From the NCBI GenBank assembly GCA_040753215.1, contig JBFMEZ010000013.1:18911-82910 (forward strand): a DNA stretch of 64,000 bases, in the 5' to 3' direction. This stretch comes from Candidatus Micrarchaeota archaeon. GTDB lineage: Archaea; Micrarchaeota; Micrarchaeia; Anstonellales; Bilamarchaeaceae. The translations under genes were made by a program, and so were the position numbers. This document shows, one piece after another, positions 1-10,463 of this stretch; the stretch's first letter is position 1; every line of letters begins with the position of its first letter. The notes under the pieces are model-generated. The model made no database searches and was not told the DNA's origin. It worked only from the letters and a program-made list of their open reading frames with translations.

Positions 1-570
1 CTTCGCGTTCGGGGGTATTTCAAGAAGGAGCGAGGGCACGAACCCGAGCGTGCGCAGCCCTGCAAGCGAAAGAAAAGCTGCCCTCAGGTCCCCGGCCTGC
101 TTCGTGAGCTGGAAGAGCTGGGTTTCCGTGAATCTCTTGATTATCCCGTTTATCCACGCCCTGAAGTTCTGCTGCCCCTTTGCGAAAATGGCGCGCTCCG
201 CGGCGGGCTCCTTGTAGTCCCGCAGGACCTTCTCGGCCATCAGCGGGTTCATGAATATGAATTCGTAGAATTTCCTTATCGCGTCCCTCCTTTTCGCATA
301 ATTCTCGTCCTGCTCCAGCCCGTAGACCTCCTTGTTCAGCATTATCCCCTCTATCTGCTTTATTACTGAGGCGTATTCCACAAGGACGAAGGTCTTCTCC
401 TCGTCCAGCTCCACGATTATCTCCTCCTCGTAGCGGAGCGTCTTTATCGGCTCCTCAATCGTGGAGAGGTCCTTCAGGTGGAAGTTCAGGAATTCTGCGG
501 ATGCGAACTCAAAAGGGCACTTGGACATGTCCACTACGCCGCGGGTACCTTCGAGGACGATGTTGCACAT
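1..570 (-). CDS. N-terminal part of a protein running off the window; possibly the N-terminal extension of a DPANN type II/IV secretion ATPase
   Basis: Open frame from ATG at 570 to position 1 (MCNIVLEGTRGVVDMSKCPFEF...), not in the ORF track because it has no stop. The product is a recollection-level resemblance; no Walker motifs are visible in the window. Confidence 0.45.
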   Translation of the reverse strand, partial: MCNIVLEGTRGVVDMSKCPFEFASAEFLNFHLKDLSTIEEPIKTLRYEEEIIVELDEEKTFVLVEYASVIKQIEGIMLNKEVYGLEQDENYAKRRDAIRKFYEFIFMNPLMAEKVLRDYKEPAAERAIFAKGQQNFRAWINGIIKRFTETQLFQLTKQAGDLRAAFLSLAGLRTLGFVPSLLLEIPPNAK

Positions 571-622
571 GGCTCCACACTCGGAGATGCAGAATTAAAA
601 CCTTGCTGCTGATATTTTTACG

Positions 623-1708
623 ATGGGCGTAGAGGAGAAGATAAAGGCGATTGAGGAGGAGCTCCACAAAACGAAAAGGCACAAGGGCACGGAGCACCAC
701 ATAGGGCTTCTGCTGGCAAAGCTCGCGAGGCTGAAAAGGGAAAGGGTGGAGCGCGCGATAAAGAAATCCTCCCTGGGAGGGGGCGGCTTCGACATAAGGA
801 AGGAAGGGGACGCGACGGTTGTCATGGTGGGGTTCCCGAGCGTGGGCAAATCCACCCTCATCACGAAAATCACGAATGCGAAATCCAAGATCGCCGCCTA
901 CGAGTTCACCACGCTCGAATGCATACCCGGGATACTGGAATACGGGGGGGCGGGCATACAGATACTCGACCTTCCCGGGATAATCTCCGGGGCGCAGGCA
1001 GGGAAAGGCAAGGGCAGGGAAATACTTTCCGTGGCGCGCAAGGCGGACCTCATACTCATCCTCTTGGAGGCGAACAGCCCCCAGCACTACGGTGTGATTA
1101 GGAATGAGCTGCAGGAAGTGGGCATAAGGCTGGACGGCCACCCGCCGCGCATAAGCGTGAAGAAAGGCATAAAGGGAGGGATAAGGATACACTCCGCGGT
1201 CAAGCTCACGCATCTTACCCCGCAGGCGATAGTCTCCATCCTGAATGAGTACGGTTACCATAACGGGGACATAACATTCGGGGACGATTACACCGCTGGC
1301 GACCTGATTGACGTGCTGGAGGGGAACCGCGTCTATTGCAAGTCCCTGGTTGCCGTGAACAAGGTTGACCTTACGGGAGGAATACCGCCCGGCTTCCCGG
1401 TCGGGGCTGTCGGCATCTCCGCGGAGAAGGGCGAGGGAATAGAAGAAGTGAAGAAGGCGATTTACGATAAGCTCGGGTTCATGAGGATATATACCAAGCC
1501 CCGCACAGGGGAGGTGAAATGGGACGAGCCGATGATACTGCGGAATGGCGCCACGGTGGAGGACATGTGCAGGAAGCTGCCAAAGGGCTTCCTCAGGGAT
1601 TTCCGCTATGCGCTTGTATGGGGCAAGAGCGCGAAGTTCCAGGGGCAGAGGGTGGGGCAGGAGCATGCGCTCCAGGACGGGGATGTCGTGTTCATAGTAA
1701 AAAGGTAA
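623..1708 (+). CDS. drg: DRG/Rbg-family OBG GTPase with C-terminal TGS domain
   Basis: GFPSVGKST P-loop, YEFTT switch, DLPG, NKVD, and a TGS domain ending L.DGDVV. Confidence 0.95.
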   Translation: MGVEEKIKAIEEELHKTKRHKGTEHHIGLLLAKLARLKRERVERAIKKSSLGGGGFDIRKEGDATVVMVGFPSVGKSTLITKITNAKSKIAAYEFTTLECIPGILEYGGAGIQILDLPGIISGAQAGKGKGREILSVARKADLILILLEANSPQHYGVIRNELQEVGIRLDGHPPRISVKKGIKGGIRIHSAVKLTHLTPQAIVSILNEYGYHNGDITFGDDYTAGDLIDVLEGNRVYCKSLVAVNKVDLTGGIPPGFPVGAVGISAEKGEGIEEVKKAIYDKLGFMRIYTKPRTGEVKWDEPMILRNGATVEDMCRKLPKGFLRDFRYALVWGKSAKFQGQRVGQEHALQDGDVVFIVKR

Positions 1709-1712
1709 TGCA

Positions 1713-1979
1713 ATGCCTACGGAAAAGGAGATACAGCAGGTAATCGAATGGTGCGAGAAAAAGAAGAAGGAGCGCGGGCTGGTCGCATTCGTTGAGAGGA
1801 ACGAGCTGAGGGAAAAAATCGCATGGACCTACCGCTTCCCGCTCGTTGAAATAGACCGGCCCACGGATGCGGCGAACAAGAGCAGCCTGGTGTACGATTC
1901 CACGACCCGGACCCTCTTCCAGTATTACATGGGCGAATGGAGGAAGGTGGAGCCGGAAGTGCAGATCAAAATCAAATGA
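1713..1979 (+). CDS. hypothetical protein (88 aa)
   Basis: ORF 4 nt after the drg stop, same strand, protein-like composition. Confidence 0.7.
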   Translation: MPTEKEIQQVIEWCEKKKKERGLVAFVERNELREKIAWTYRFPLVEIDRPTDAANKSSLVYDSTTRTLFQYYMGEWRKVEPEVQIKIK

Positions 1980-2025
1980 ATGATATAAATAAAAACCCGA
2001 AGAAGGAAAACAAACCGGTGTTTGG

Positions 2026-2250
2026 ATGGTGCGGGAGCCCACTGAAAAGCTTGTGCGGGAAAGGTCTTATTCCGAGGTTTTCAGGGACATAGAGAGAAGG
2101 GTGGAGGAGAGGCACGGGGAGCTCACGGGCGTACCCCAGAGGAGGATAGCGGAAAAGCCCGAGGTGCAGGTGGACAGGAAGGCGCAGCAGCTCGCCGAGA
2201 AGCTAGCGGACGCCCTGGACAGGGGGGTGAAGGCGCTTGACAGGTGGTAG
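2026..2250 (+). CDS. hypothetical protein (74 aa)
   Basis: GTG-start charged helical ORF immediately upstream of the next ORF. Confidence 0.55.
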   Translation: MVREPTEKLVRERSYSEVFRDIERRVEERHGELTGVPQRRIAEKPEVQVDRKAQQLAEKLADALDRGVKALDRW

Positions 2251-2252
2251 GG

Positions 2253-2594
2253 ATGGGGGTATTCGAAGACGTTGATGAGGGTACGAAAAAGAGGATAGTG
2301 AAGGTCTGGGAGAAGATGGGCGAGAAGGACAGGGACTTCTTCGTGGACCAGGTCGCACTCGGGCTCAGCATCTGGGGGAGCGACGAGACCGGGAAATCCT
2401 TCATCGCGAAAATACTTGCGAAGATGATGGAGGACGGCTCGGAGAACCTCTCCGATTTCGGCCTATATGTGGAAAGCATCCTTGGGGAAGCGAACAAGCG
2501 GGAGGACAAGGTGAGGAAGGCCGGCCTGATAATAGACGATTACCGGCTCAGGAACGCCCTCTCTTCTGTCCCGCACAAGGAGATAGGGCTCTAG
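2253..2594 (+). CDS. hypothetical protein (113 aa)
   Basis: ATG 2 nt after the previous stop; typical codon usage. Confidence 0.7.
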   Translation: MGVFEDVDEGTKKRIVKVWEKMGEKDRDFFVDQVALGLSIWGSDETGKSFIAKILAKMMEDGSENLSDFGLYVESILGEANKREDKVRKAGLIIDDYRLRNALSSVPHKEIGL

Positions 2595-4195
2595 CCCTCC
2601 TTCTTTCTCTTCAAAGCCGCCTTGAGCAGCCCCACGAACAGCGGGGCGGGGGCTTCCAGCCTGCTCTTCAGCTCGGGATGCGCCTGCGTCCCCATCCCGA
2701 ACCCGTCCTTCCATTCGCACATCTCCACTATGTTGTTTCTGGGCGAAACGCCGGAAATCATGAGCCCCCCTTCCTCCAGCTTCCCCGCGTAATTCGGGTT
2801 AACCTCATACCTGTGCCTGTGCCTCTCGCTTATCTCCTTCTTCCCATACAGCTCGAATGCTTTCGTCCCCTCCTTCAGGATGCAGGGGTAAGCCCCCAGC
2901 CGCATGGTCGCCCCCTTCTCTATTATGCTCACCTGCTCCGGCAGTATGTCAATGACCGGGTGCGGCGTCTCCTTCTCTATCTCTGTTGAATTCGCCCCTT
3001 TCAGCCCGCACACGTTCCTCGCATACTCCACTACCATGAGCTGCATCCCCAGGCACAGCCCGAGGTAAGGAACTCCGTTCTCCCTGCAATATTGAATCGC
3101 CCTTATCTTGCCCTCCGTGCCCCTCTTCCCGAACCCCCCGGGCACGATTATCGCATCATGCTTTTCCAGCTCCTTTGTGCCCTTTTCCTCAATATCCGTG
3201 GATTCCACGAAATCCATTCTCACGTGCGCGTTCACCACCGCGCCGGAGTGCACCAGCGCCTCCCTGATGCTCACATACGCATCGCTCACCGAGGTGTACT
3301 TTCCCACCACCCCGACGCGCAGCTCCACGGTCGGCTTAAGTATCCTCCCAACCAGCCTGTCCCAGTCGCTCTCCTCCAGCGCTTCCTTGCGCAGCTCCAG
3401 CCTGTCCGCAAGCACTTCATACAGGTTCTGCTTCTCCAGCATCTCGGGCAGCTGGTAGACGGTCTGCACGAACGGGTCGTCAAGCACGTTTTCCATCGGC
3501 ACGTTGCAGTAGAGGCTTATCTTCTCCTTCGCATCCTTGCTGAGCGGCTCGTCGCCCCTGCATATGACTATCTCCGGCCTCACCCCCATGCTTTGTATCA
3601 GGCGGTTCGCGTGCTGGGTGGGCTTGGTCTTGAGCTCACCCCTCCCCAGCGTGGGGACGAAGGTGAGCTGCATGAAAAGCAGGTCCCTGCCCACTTCGTA
3701 TGCGAGCTGCCTCATCGCCTCTATGAAATACCCGTTTTCCAGGTCCCCTACTGTCCCGCCCACTTCAATAAGCACTATGTCCGCCTTCTCCTCCTCCCCG
3801 ATGCCCTTTACCCAGCCCTTTATCTCGTCCGTGAGGTGCGGGACGAACTGCACATCCCTACCGAGATAGTCCCCGCGCCTCTCTTTCTCTATAATCCTTT
3901 TGAACAGCTTGCCTCCGGTTATGCTGGATCTCCCCGTGAGGGACTGATTAAGGAACCTCTCGTAGGTCCCGAAGTCCATGTCCACTTCCGAGCCGTCATC
4001 AAGCACGAAAACCTCGCCGTGCCTGAACGGGTTCATCGTCCCGCAGTCCACGTTCAGGTATCCGTCAAATTTTATGGGCAGCACTTTATACCCGCGCTTC
4101 TTGAGCAGCCTTGCGATAGAAGAAGAGAGGATGCCTTTCCCGAGGCCGGACATTATCGAACCTAGGACAACAATATACTTCGACTTGTGTGCCAT
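2591..4195 (-). CDS. pyrG: CTP synthase
   Basis: SGLGKG, DGYLNVDCGTMNPFRHGEVFV, GLCLG glutaminase Cys, RHRHRYEVN, QAHPE. Confidence 0.98.
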   Translation of the reverse strand: MAHKSKYIVVLGSIMSGLGKGILSSSIARLLKKRGYKVLPIKFDGYLNVDCGTMNPFRHGEVFVLDDGSEVDMDFGTYERFLNQSLTGRSSITGGKLFKRIIEKERRGDYLGRDVQFVPHLTDEIKGWVKGIGEEEKADIVLIEVGGTVGDLENGYFIEAMRQLAYEVGRDLLFMQLTFVPTLGRGELKTKPTQHANRLIQSMGVRPEIVICRGDEPLSKDAKEKISLYCNVPMENVLDDPFVQTVYQLPEMLEKQNLYEVLADRLELRKEALEESDWDRLVGRILKPTVELRVGVVGKYTSVSDAYVSIREALVHSGAVVNAHVRMDFVESTDIEEKGTKELEKHDAIIVPGGFGKRGTEGKIRAIQYCRENGVPYLGLCLGMQLMVVEYARNVCGLKGANSTEIEKETPHPVIDILPEQVSIIEKGATMRLGAYPCILKEGTKAFELYGKKEISERHRHRYEVNPNYAGKLEEGGLMISGVSPRNNIVEMCEWKDGFGMGTQAHPELKSRLEAPAPLFVGLLKAALKRKKEG

Positions 4196-4243
4196 AGGTA
4201 TATGTATTATATTTTACCTTTTTAAATCATTTTCGGTTTTGCA

Positions 4244-4792
4244 ATGCTTCCTTCACTGAACGAAATAAAAAAGAGGCGCGTTTCGCTGGGGCTCACTCAG
4301 GGAAGGCTCGCGAAGCTCGCGGGAATCTCCCAGTCCCTGGTCGCGAAGATAGAGAGCGGCAAGGCGGACCCGTCCTACTCAAATGCGGGAAAGATTTTTG
4401 AGGCGCTGGATTCCCTGCATGCAAAAGAAGAGAAAAAGGCGGAGCAGATAATGGCCTCTCCGGTACTCTGCGCGAAGCCGTCTGAACAGGTCGGAAGGGC
4501 GCTTTCGCTCATGCGGGAGAAGGGGATTTCCCAGCTGCCCGTAGTTGATGGGGGCGTGGTCGTAGGAACGATTTCTGAGAATGCAATCCTCTCATTGCTG
4601 GAAAAGGGCTACAGGATGGAGGATGTGAGGAAGACGGCGGTAAGTTCGGTTATTGAGCCGTCGCTCCCGCAGGTCGGGAGGGGCACCCGCTATTCCGCCG
4701 TCATCTCCCTGCTGAAAGAAAACCCCGCAATCCTGGTAGTAGAAAAAGGGAAAATTTTAGGAATAATAACGAAGGCGGACCTCGTCCGCTAG
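4244..4792 (+). CDS. XRE-HTH plus CBS-pair transcriptional regulator
   Basis: LTQGRLAKLAGISQSLVAKIESG HTH followed by two CBS motifs (ISQLPVV, LGIITKAD). Confidence 0.9.
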   Translation: MLPSLNEIKKRRVSLGLTQGRLAKLAGISQSLVAKIESGKADPSYSNAGKIFEALDSLHAKEEKKAEQIMASPVLCAKPSEQVGRALSLMREKGISQLPVVDGGVVVGTISENAILSLLEKGYRMEDVRKTAVSSVIEPSLPQVGRGTRYSAVISLLKENPAILVVEKGKILGIITKADLVR

Positions 4793-5643
4793 AATGTCAC
4801 GAAGAGCTGGTTCCCGAAAACCAGCGCAAGGATTAATCCGATGAAAAGGAAAGGGAGGAAGGGAGGCAAATTCGCATAAATCCACACGGACTTCGTGCCG
4901 CTCTTCTTCAATGCCTCTATGTCTTTCGGGCCCAGCACGTTCCCTATGCCCATCTTCTTCATGTGCGCGTCCATCCTTTCTTTTACCAGCACGTCCTCCG
5001 GCTCCAAATCCTTCACGACCACCTGCTCCATCGCCGCCTCCATTATCGCATCCCTGTACACGAGGAATATTATTGAGGAGAGCAGGAGCACCGAGGCGAT
5101 TGCGAAATACGCCATGGAGAAGAAAGGGGCGTTGAAGAACATGTATGCGAAGAGCCCGTAGAGCAGGAAGAGGGAAAGGTAGATGTAATTCGGCTTCGCC
5201 TTGGTTTTCCTTTTTGAGAGTATTCCCGCAAAATAGAATATTGCGTACACCGCAAAAGCCGCGCCCCCGAAAATCAGCACCGAGAATATGAGCGGATAAT
5301 TGAACGGCACCATCAGGTAGGATGGGTGTATCGGCAGAAGCAGCACCAGCGCCGCGATTATGAAGACGTCCGCGCCCCCTATCTGCCCCAGCCGGTACAT
5401 CGCGAATCCCAGTGCAAAGAGAATAAATGCGAGCACCACCGCGTATATGAAAACATCATAGTCGAAGAACACCCCGTTGAAGAGGAATGCGACCGCCAAA
5501 AATGCATAGAGGAATTTCTCAGGCACGTTCCTGTTGTTGAACAAATCATAATAGGTCCCAATAGCCATCCCGAGGAGCGCAAGGAAAATCCTCGCGGTCT
5601 CCATGGGCATCACAATGGGAGAGAACAACAGTCTTTCGAGCAT
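4789..5643 (-). CDS. A24-family prepilin/preflagellin peptidase
   Basis: Multi-TM protein with YYD and GGAD aspartate motifs and C-terminal PPFLPFLFIGL. Confidence 0.85.
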   Translation of the reverse strand: MLERLLFSPIVMPMETARIFLALLGMAIGTYYDLFNNRNVPEKFLYAFLAVAFLFNGVFFDYDVFIYAVVLAFILFALGFAMYRLGQIGGADVFIIAALVLLLPIHPSYLMVPFNYPLIFSVLIFGGAAFAVYAIFYFAGILSKRKTKAKPNYIYLSLFLLYGLFAYMFFNAPFFSMAYFAIASVLLLSSIIFLVYRDAIMEAAMEQVVVKDLEPEDVLVKERMDAHMKKMGIGNVLGPKDIEALKKSGTKSVWIYANLPPFLPFLFIGLILALVFGNQLFVTF

Positions 5644-5674
5644 ACTCCCACTTCTTTGTCCCCCTTAAAATACT

Positions 5675-6766
5675 TTATCCCAGAACCAAATCCAGGAAAT
5701 CGTCCTCTATTTTCACTACTGCAAGCTTTTTGCAGAAGCACCCCTTTCCCAACAATGAAGAGAAAGACGGCTCCGTCCTCCCCTCGTCCCCGCTTATTAG
5801 CTCCTTTATGTACGTCCCCGCATCCGCGCGGATGTCTGCAACTATAAATTCCCCTTCCATCTCCGCCCGCACCGCTTCCGCGTGCCTCTCCCTGATTTTG
5901 TCCGCCCTCCTGTGCATCACCCGCACCGGAGTCTTCTGCTTCAAAATCCCGGAGAAGCCCCTTATTTTCTCCAAGTCCTTATCCGCAGCGCCTCCATTCA
6001 CCTCAATCCATGCCCTATACGTCTTCGGGAAATGGGAATCCGCAACAAGCTCCACATCCCCCCGCCCCACCCTGCGCAAACCCGAAACCTCCACTTCCCC
6101 GCCCGCCGCAATCTCCTTCCTTATACCCTCCAAATCCAGCTTCCTAATCTCAGGATTTGACAGTTCCAGCACAAATGGCCTCCCCGCCGTATTCACTACA
6201 TCCACATCCTCGCGCCCGGATGCGTGCATGCAGAAAGAACCCCTCGTCCGTTTCACAAAAGGTTCCCCGATAATCTCCTCCACCGAGCGGTACATCCTTC
6301 CCTCGCCATTGCATCTTTCGCACCCTCTTCCGAAGCATTTCTTGCAATCCCATTTAGTCTGGGAAAGCCCTTCCTTCAGTTTTTTATAACGGCCAAAGAA
6401 GAAGAGGGGCTCAGGTTCCCTCCTCGCCGTAAAGGAGCGGAAATCAAACATTATCCTTCCATCCCCGCCCGAAGGGTCATACTTCCTTCCAGAAATAGCC
6501 GCAACCCTTTCAGAAAAGAACCTGTTCGCATAAGTTTTGATGCTCTCTCCCGGAGAATAATCAAACGCCTTCTCTTCCGCAGCAAGCACTGCCCGCGGAA
6601 TAGTAGTGGATACGGAAAAGGAATCCCAGTCCCCTCCAACAAGGAGCCCCCCTTTCTCCGCAAGCTCGCCGAGCTTCGCTACCTTTCCACCGCAGATTGC
6701 GCATTCACCAATAGGAAAATCCTCCTTCTCAAACCTGGATGCGCACTCCTTGCAGAGTGAAATCAT
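5675..6766 (-). CDS. pus10: tRNA pseudouridine(54/55) synthase Pus10
   Basis: GRYKKL, HASGREDVDV catalytic Asp, GRPFVLE, QKTP.RV.HRRAD, AGTYIKELISGD.GRT.PS. Confidence 0.96.
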   Translation of the reverse strand: MISLCKECASRFEKEDFPIGECAICGGKVAKLGELAEKGGLLVGGDWDSFSVSTTIPRAVLAAEEKAFDYSPGESIKTYANRFFSERVAAISGRKYDPSGGDGRIMFDFRSFTARREPEPLFFFGRYKKLKEGLSQTKWDCKKCFGRGCERCNGEGRMYRSVEEIIGEPFVKRTRGSFCMHASGREDVDVVNTAGRPFVLELSNPEIRKLDLEGIRKEIAAGGEVEVSGLRRVGRGDVELVADSHFPKTYRAWIEVNGGAADKDLEKIRGFSGILKQKTPVRVMHRRADKIRERHAEAVRAEMEGEFIVADIRADAGTYIKELISGDEGRTEPSFSSLLGKGCFCKKLAVVKIEDDFLDLVLG

Positions 6767-7167
6767 TTCCGTACCTTCTTGAACTTGAACCCGTAGTGGA
6801 TGAGCCCCTCCGGGTCGTCGCTCTGTATCCTCCTGAAGGCCATCTCCACCTCGTCGCCTATCGCAACATCTTTTCCGAGCACATCCACGATTTCCGCGGT
6901 GCAGCGCGCCCCCTCAGCCAATTCCACAATCGCCATCACGTAGGGTATCTGGTCCTCAAAGCCGGCGGGAGGCGCATGGATTTCGGTGAACGAGAACACC
7001 CTTCCCCTTCCGGAGAACTGGTATGCCTCAACCTTGCCCTTCCTCCTGCATTTGGGGCACACGTGCCTTGCAGGGAAATAGTACCCGTTGCAGTTCTTGC
7101 ATGCAGTCCCTAGCAGCCTGTACCTGTCCGGGATTTTTCTCCACGTAAGCGGAATGGATTCCTTCAT
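6763..7167 (-). CDS. DUF35 Zn-ribbon/OB-fold protein (thiolase-HMGS scaffold)
   Basis: CxxC...CxxC followed by an OB-fold, YGFKF C-terminus, adjacent to the thiolase. Confidence 0.92.
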   Translation of the reverse strand: MKESIPLTWRKIPDRYRLLGTACKNCNGYYFPARHVCPKCRRKGKVEAYQFSGRGRVFSFTEIHAPPAGFEDQIPYVMAIVELAEGARCTAEIVDVLGKDVAIGDEVEMAFRRIQSDDPEGLIHYGFKFKKVRK

Positions 7168-8340
7168 CTAATTCACCCTCCGGTATACGTGCACAACAGC
7201 GGTGGCCCCGCTGCCCCCGACATTGTGGGACAATCCGATGTCCGCCCCGGAAACCTGCCTCTTTCCCGCCTCTCCCTGCAGCTGCCAGGCGATTTCCACC
7301 GCCTGCTTCACCCCGGTGGCGCCCACTGGGTGCCCCGCGGCCTTAAGCCCGCCGCTCGTATTCACCGCAACCTTGCCCCCAATCCGCGTCTCTCCATTAA
7401 GGGAGGCCTCCCCTCCCTTCCCCTTCGGGAAGAAGCCCAAATCCTCAACCGCCATCAGCTCCGCAATCGTGAAGCAGTCGTGCACCTCAGCAACCTTCAC
7501 CTGGGAGGGGGAAATGCCTGCCTGCCTGTACGCGGATTGCGCCGCAATCTGCGCCGCCTTAATCCCAGTTATGGAGCTCCTGTTGTGCAGGGTAATGGTG
7601 TCGCTCGCCTGCGCGCTCGCCGCAACCTCAATCGGGGTATCCGTATATTTCTTCGCATTCTCGAGTGGAGCGAGCACCACCGCCGCCGCCCCGTCCGTGA
7701 GCGGGGAGCAGTCCAGTATCTTAAGCGGGTCCGCAACCATCTTGGAATCCAGTACTTCCTGGATGGTAATCTCATTCTGGAACTGCGCGAGCGGGTTCAT
7801 GCTCCCGTGCTTGTGGTTTTTCACAGCAACCGAGGCGAGCATCTCCTCCGTGGCCCTGTAATCGTGCATGTACTTCCTCGCCATCATCGCATACAATCCG
7901 GGGAAAGTAGCCCCAAGGAAAAGCTCCCATTCCTGGTCCCCCGCGCCCCCGAGAATTTCGCTCACTTCCGCGGTGTCCAGGTCGGTCATCTTCTCCACCC
8001 CCCCCACGACCACCACGTCGTGCATCCCGGAAGCGACAGCCATTATCCCCTGGCGAAGTGCAAGGCTTCCGGATGCGCAAGCCCCCTCAACCCTTGTAAT
8101 CGGAATAGGATTCAGCCCCATGTAATCCGCAATCAGGGCCCCTGTGTGCTCCTGCCCGATAAGGCTCCCCGCAGCCATAGTCCCCACATAACCTGCGGAA
8201 ATCTCTGCACCGGACATGCCTGCGTCCTCCAGTGCCTTCACCCCTGCTTCCGTAACAAGGTCCCTGAAGCCGCGCTCCCAGTGCTCACCGAACTTCGTCA
8301 TTCCCACTCCTACAATCGCAACCTTCCTCATGAAAACCAC
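7168..8340 (-). CDS. acetyl-CoA acetyltransferase (archaeal thiolase)
   Basis: [34 protein letters not shown]. Confidence 0.96.
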   Translation of the reverse strand: MVFMRKVAIVGVGMTKFGEHWERGFRDLVTEAGVKALEDAGMSGAEISAGYVGTMAAGSLIGQEHTGALIADYMGLNPIPITRVEGACASGSLALRQGIMAVASGMHDVVVVGGVEKMTDLDTAEVSEILGGAGDQEWELFLGATFPGLYAMMARKYMHDYRATEEMLASVAVKNHKHGSMNPLAQFQNEITIQEVLDSKMVADPLKILDCSPLTDGAAAVVLAPLENAKKYTDTPIEVAASAQASDTITLHNRSSITGIKAAQIAAQSAYRQAGISPSQVKVAEVHDCFTIAELMAVEDLGFFPKGKGGEASLNGETRIGGKVAVNTSGGLKAAGHPVGATGVKQAVEIAWQLQGEAGKRQVSGADIGLSHNVGGSGATAVVHVYRRVN

Positions 8341-9381
8341 TCACATGCCTTTGAATTTCCTCCTGTACTTCGCGTAGGCCGCGTAATCCAGGTATTCCTT
8401 CTGCTGTATGAAATGGGATGCGGGCTTCCCCCTCTCCCTGTTCCTTATGTTCTCCGTAACCCGGATGGAAAAAGCATCGCTTCCCGCCCCGCTCCCGAAC
8501 GAGGTCACGAAAATCCTGTCCCCCGCCTTCGCAACGTCAAGAACGTTCGCAAGCCCCAGCGGAGATGCCCCGGAATATGTATTCCCGATATAGGGGGTGA
8601 GCAATCCCTCCTCTATCTTCCCATTCGGGACCCCGAGCATCTTCGCAACCGCCCTCGGAAACTTCCCGTTCGGCTGGTGGAACACGAAATAGTCGTAATC
8701 CTCTACTTTAGCATTCATCTTCTTCATCAGCCCGAGCGATGCGCTCTTCACATGCCTGAAATAAGCCGGGGGGCCGGTGAACCTCCCCCCGTGCGATGGG
8801 TAGTCCGCCTTGTTCCTCCTCCAGAAATCCGGAGTGTCCGTGGTGAAGGAATAAGTATCCTCAATTATCGCGAGGGATTCCGCATCCTTGCCTATAATGT
8901 AGGCCGCGGCCCCGCACCCGGTGGAATATTCCAGCGCATCCCCGGGCCTTCCCTGGGAAGTATCCGAGCCGATTGCCATCCCATACTCAATCATCCCGGC
9001 TCCCACGAGCCCCATGCACATCTGCATCCCTGCAGTCCCTGCCTTGCACGCGAATTCCAGGTCCGCCGCAGTAAGTTCGGGGACAGCGCCGATGGCCTCC
9101 GCAACAATGGTTGCAGTGGGCTTCACCGCATAGGGGTGGGATTCGCTGCCCACATACAAAGCCCCCAGTTTCCTAGGGGAGATTCCCGCGCGCTGTACCG
9201 CAATCTTCGCCGCCTCGACCGCGAGGGTCGCCGCATCCTCATCATTGGAGGCGACCGCCTTCTCGTGTATCCCAAGCCCGTTCTTTATGCGGTCCGGGTC
9301 CTCGCCCCAGACCTTCGCAATCACTTCGCTCTTGATCCTGTATTTCGGCACATAAGCGCCATATCCGACAATTCCGACCAT
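8341..9381 (-). CDS. hydroxymethylglutaryl-CoA synthase
   Basis: [35 protein letters not shown]. Start moved to MVGIVGYG; the longer ORF start lies in a heptamer-repeat tract. Confidence 0.96.
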   Translation of the reverse strand: MVGIVGYGAYVPKYRIKSEVIAKVWGEDPDRIKNGLGIHEKAVASNDEDAATLAVEAAKIAVQRAGISPRKLGALYVGSESHPYAVKPTATIVAEAIGAVPELTAADLEFACKAGTAGMQMCMGLVGAGMIEYGMAIGSDTSQGRPGDALEYSTGCGAAAYIIGKDAESLAIIEDTYSFTTDTPDFWRRNKADYPSHGGRFTGPPAYFRHVKSASLGLMKKMNAKVEDYDYFVFHQPNGKFPRAVAKMLGVPNGKIEEGLLTPYIGNTYSGASPLGLANVLDVAKAGDRIFVTSFGSGAGSDAFSIRVTENIRNRERGKPASHFIQQKEYLDYAAYAKYRRKFKGM

Positions 9382-9388
9382 AGAATCA

Positions 9389-9435
9389 TTCCGTTTTCCG
9401 TTTTCGGTTTCCAGTTTCGCGTTTTGTTTCCGTTT
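9389..9435. repeat. degenerate heptamer tract GTTTCC(A/G), representative of at least 13 dispersed tracts
   Basis: TTCCGTTTTCCGTTTTCGGTTTCCAGTTTCG; others at 10342, 28298, 29680, 30554, 30777, 42539, 46974, 48632, 49528, 51977, 54921, 56823, 57340, 62597. Confidence 0.85.
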
Positions 9436-9631
9436 TTTGCTCTTCAGCCGGCTCATTCTTCACCGGAATCATCTGCAATTTTGAGAAAAAGAGCGGTTTC
9501 CCGTAAGCCTTCTGAGCTTCTGCCATAAGGACACATCTTATATCTTATTCAATCTCTCCAGAGAAAACGCGGAGGGGAGCACCCCTCCCCATTTTCTTCT
9601 ATCTTTCAGCCCCTCCCCCATCATCATTACC

Positions 9632-10321
9632 TCATATCTTGTTCAGTCGCTCTTTTATTTGGCTCACTTCCAGATTTGTAGCCACTAAGGGGATCTGCTC
9701 CCTCTCCGCAATCTTCACGGCCAGCTTGTCAACCTTTTTCTTGTCCAGCCCGTGCAAAATTACTGAAGAGGGCTTGGATGGGCTGAGCCGAATCACGACC
9801 ATCGGGCTCCTGCCCGTGGAAACACCGGTGAATATCATCGCCCTCTCATTCATGTTTCCGTATATTCCCGTAAAGAAGTTTGATGGCATCTCCAGTATTA
9901 CCTTAATAGAATCTATAAGGGTATACCCATAGAGCTTCTTCCCCTCAAGATGCTCCGCACCGCTGAGCACCTCCCCGTCAATCAGCTTCACGAAATCCCC
10001 AAGGTCCACGCTCCGGGCGAATTCGTGCACCTCAAAATACTCTTCAGTGGAGGATTTCCCCTCCGTAAGCTTCTGCGCAATGCCACCGCCCCGGGCCGCA
10101 TCCAGCTCAAGGAGCGCGTTCACAAACCTCTTTATGATTCCGGCTCCGGGAGATTTCCTCCTGTTGCTTTCGTAATCGCTAATGGTTGAAACGCTGATTT
10201 TCAGGTGCTTGGAAAGCTCTGCCTGCGTTATGCCGAATATCTCCCTCCACTTCTTCATCGTGGAGCCCGGGTCCTCGGACAGGCTTATCTCCCCGGCTAT
10301 CTTCAGCTTTAGTTTGTCCAT
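9632..10321 (-). CDS. XRE-family transcriptional regulator with DRTGG-like C-terminal domain (COG1709-like)
   Basis: AGEI.LS..PG.TMKKWREIFGITQ.EL...ISDYE; IFTGVSTGRSPMV. Confidence 0.88.
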   Translation of the reverse strand: MDKLKLKIAGEISLSEDPGSTMKKWREIFGITQAELSKHLKISVSTISDYESNRRKSPGAGIIKRFVNALLELDAARGGGIAQKLTEGKSSTEEYFEVHEFARSVDLGDFVKLIDGEVLSGAEHLEGKKLYGYTLIDSIKVILEMPSNFFTGIYGNMNERAMIFTGVSTGRSPMVVIRLSPSKPSSVILHGLDKKKVDKLAVKIAEREQIPLVATNLEVSQIKERLNKI

Positions 10322-10442
10322 CTAATCACGGTTTTCTGCCTGGGTTTCCAGTTTCCGGTTAACAGTTTCCAGAAGCTGAACAGCAGAATCCACAGTTAAT
10401 TCGTCCCAAACCCTATTAAAAGCTTCCTATCTGCCATATAGA

Positions 10443-10463
10443 TATACGTTAAAAGACGAAAAT
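10443..10463. repeat. 21-bp direct repeat, left copy (partner 11843-11863)
   Basis: TATACGTTAAAAGACGAAAAT vs TATACGTTGAAAGACGGAAAT, 19/21 identical. Confidence 0.8.

Noticed and set aside
509-1666. 385-aa minus-strand ORF
   Set aside because: Antisense shadow of drg.
7189-9528. 779-aa plus-strand ORF
   Set aside because: Antisense shadow of the thiolase and HMGS genes with no protein motifs; expected in GC-rich coding DNA.
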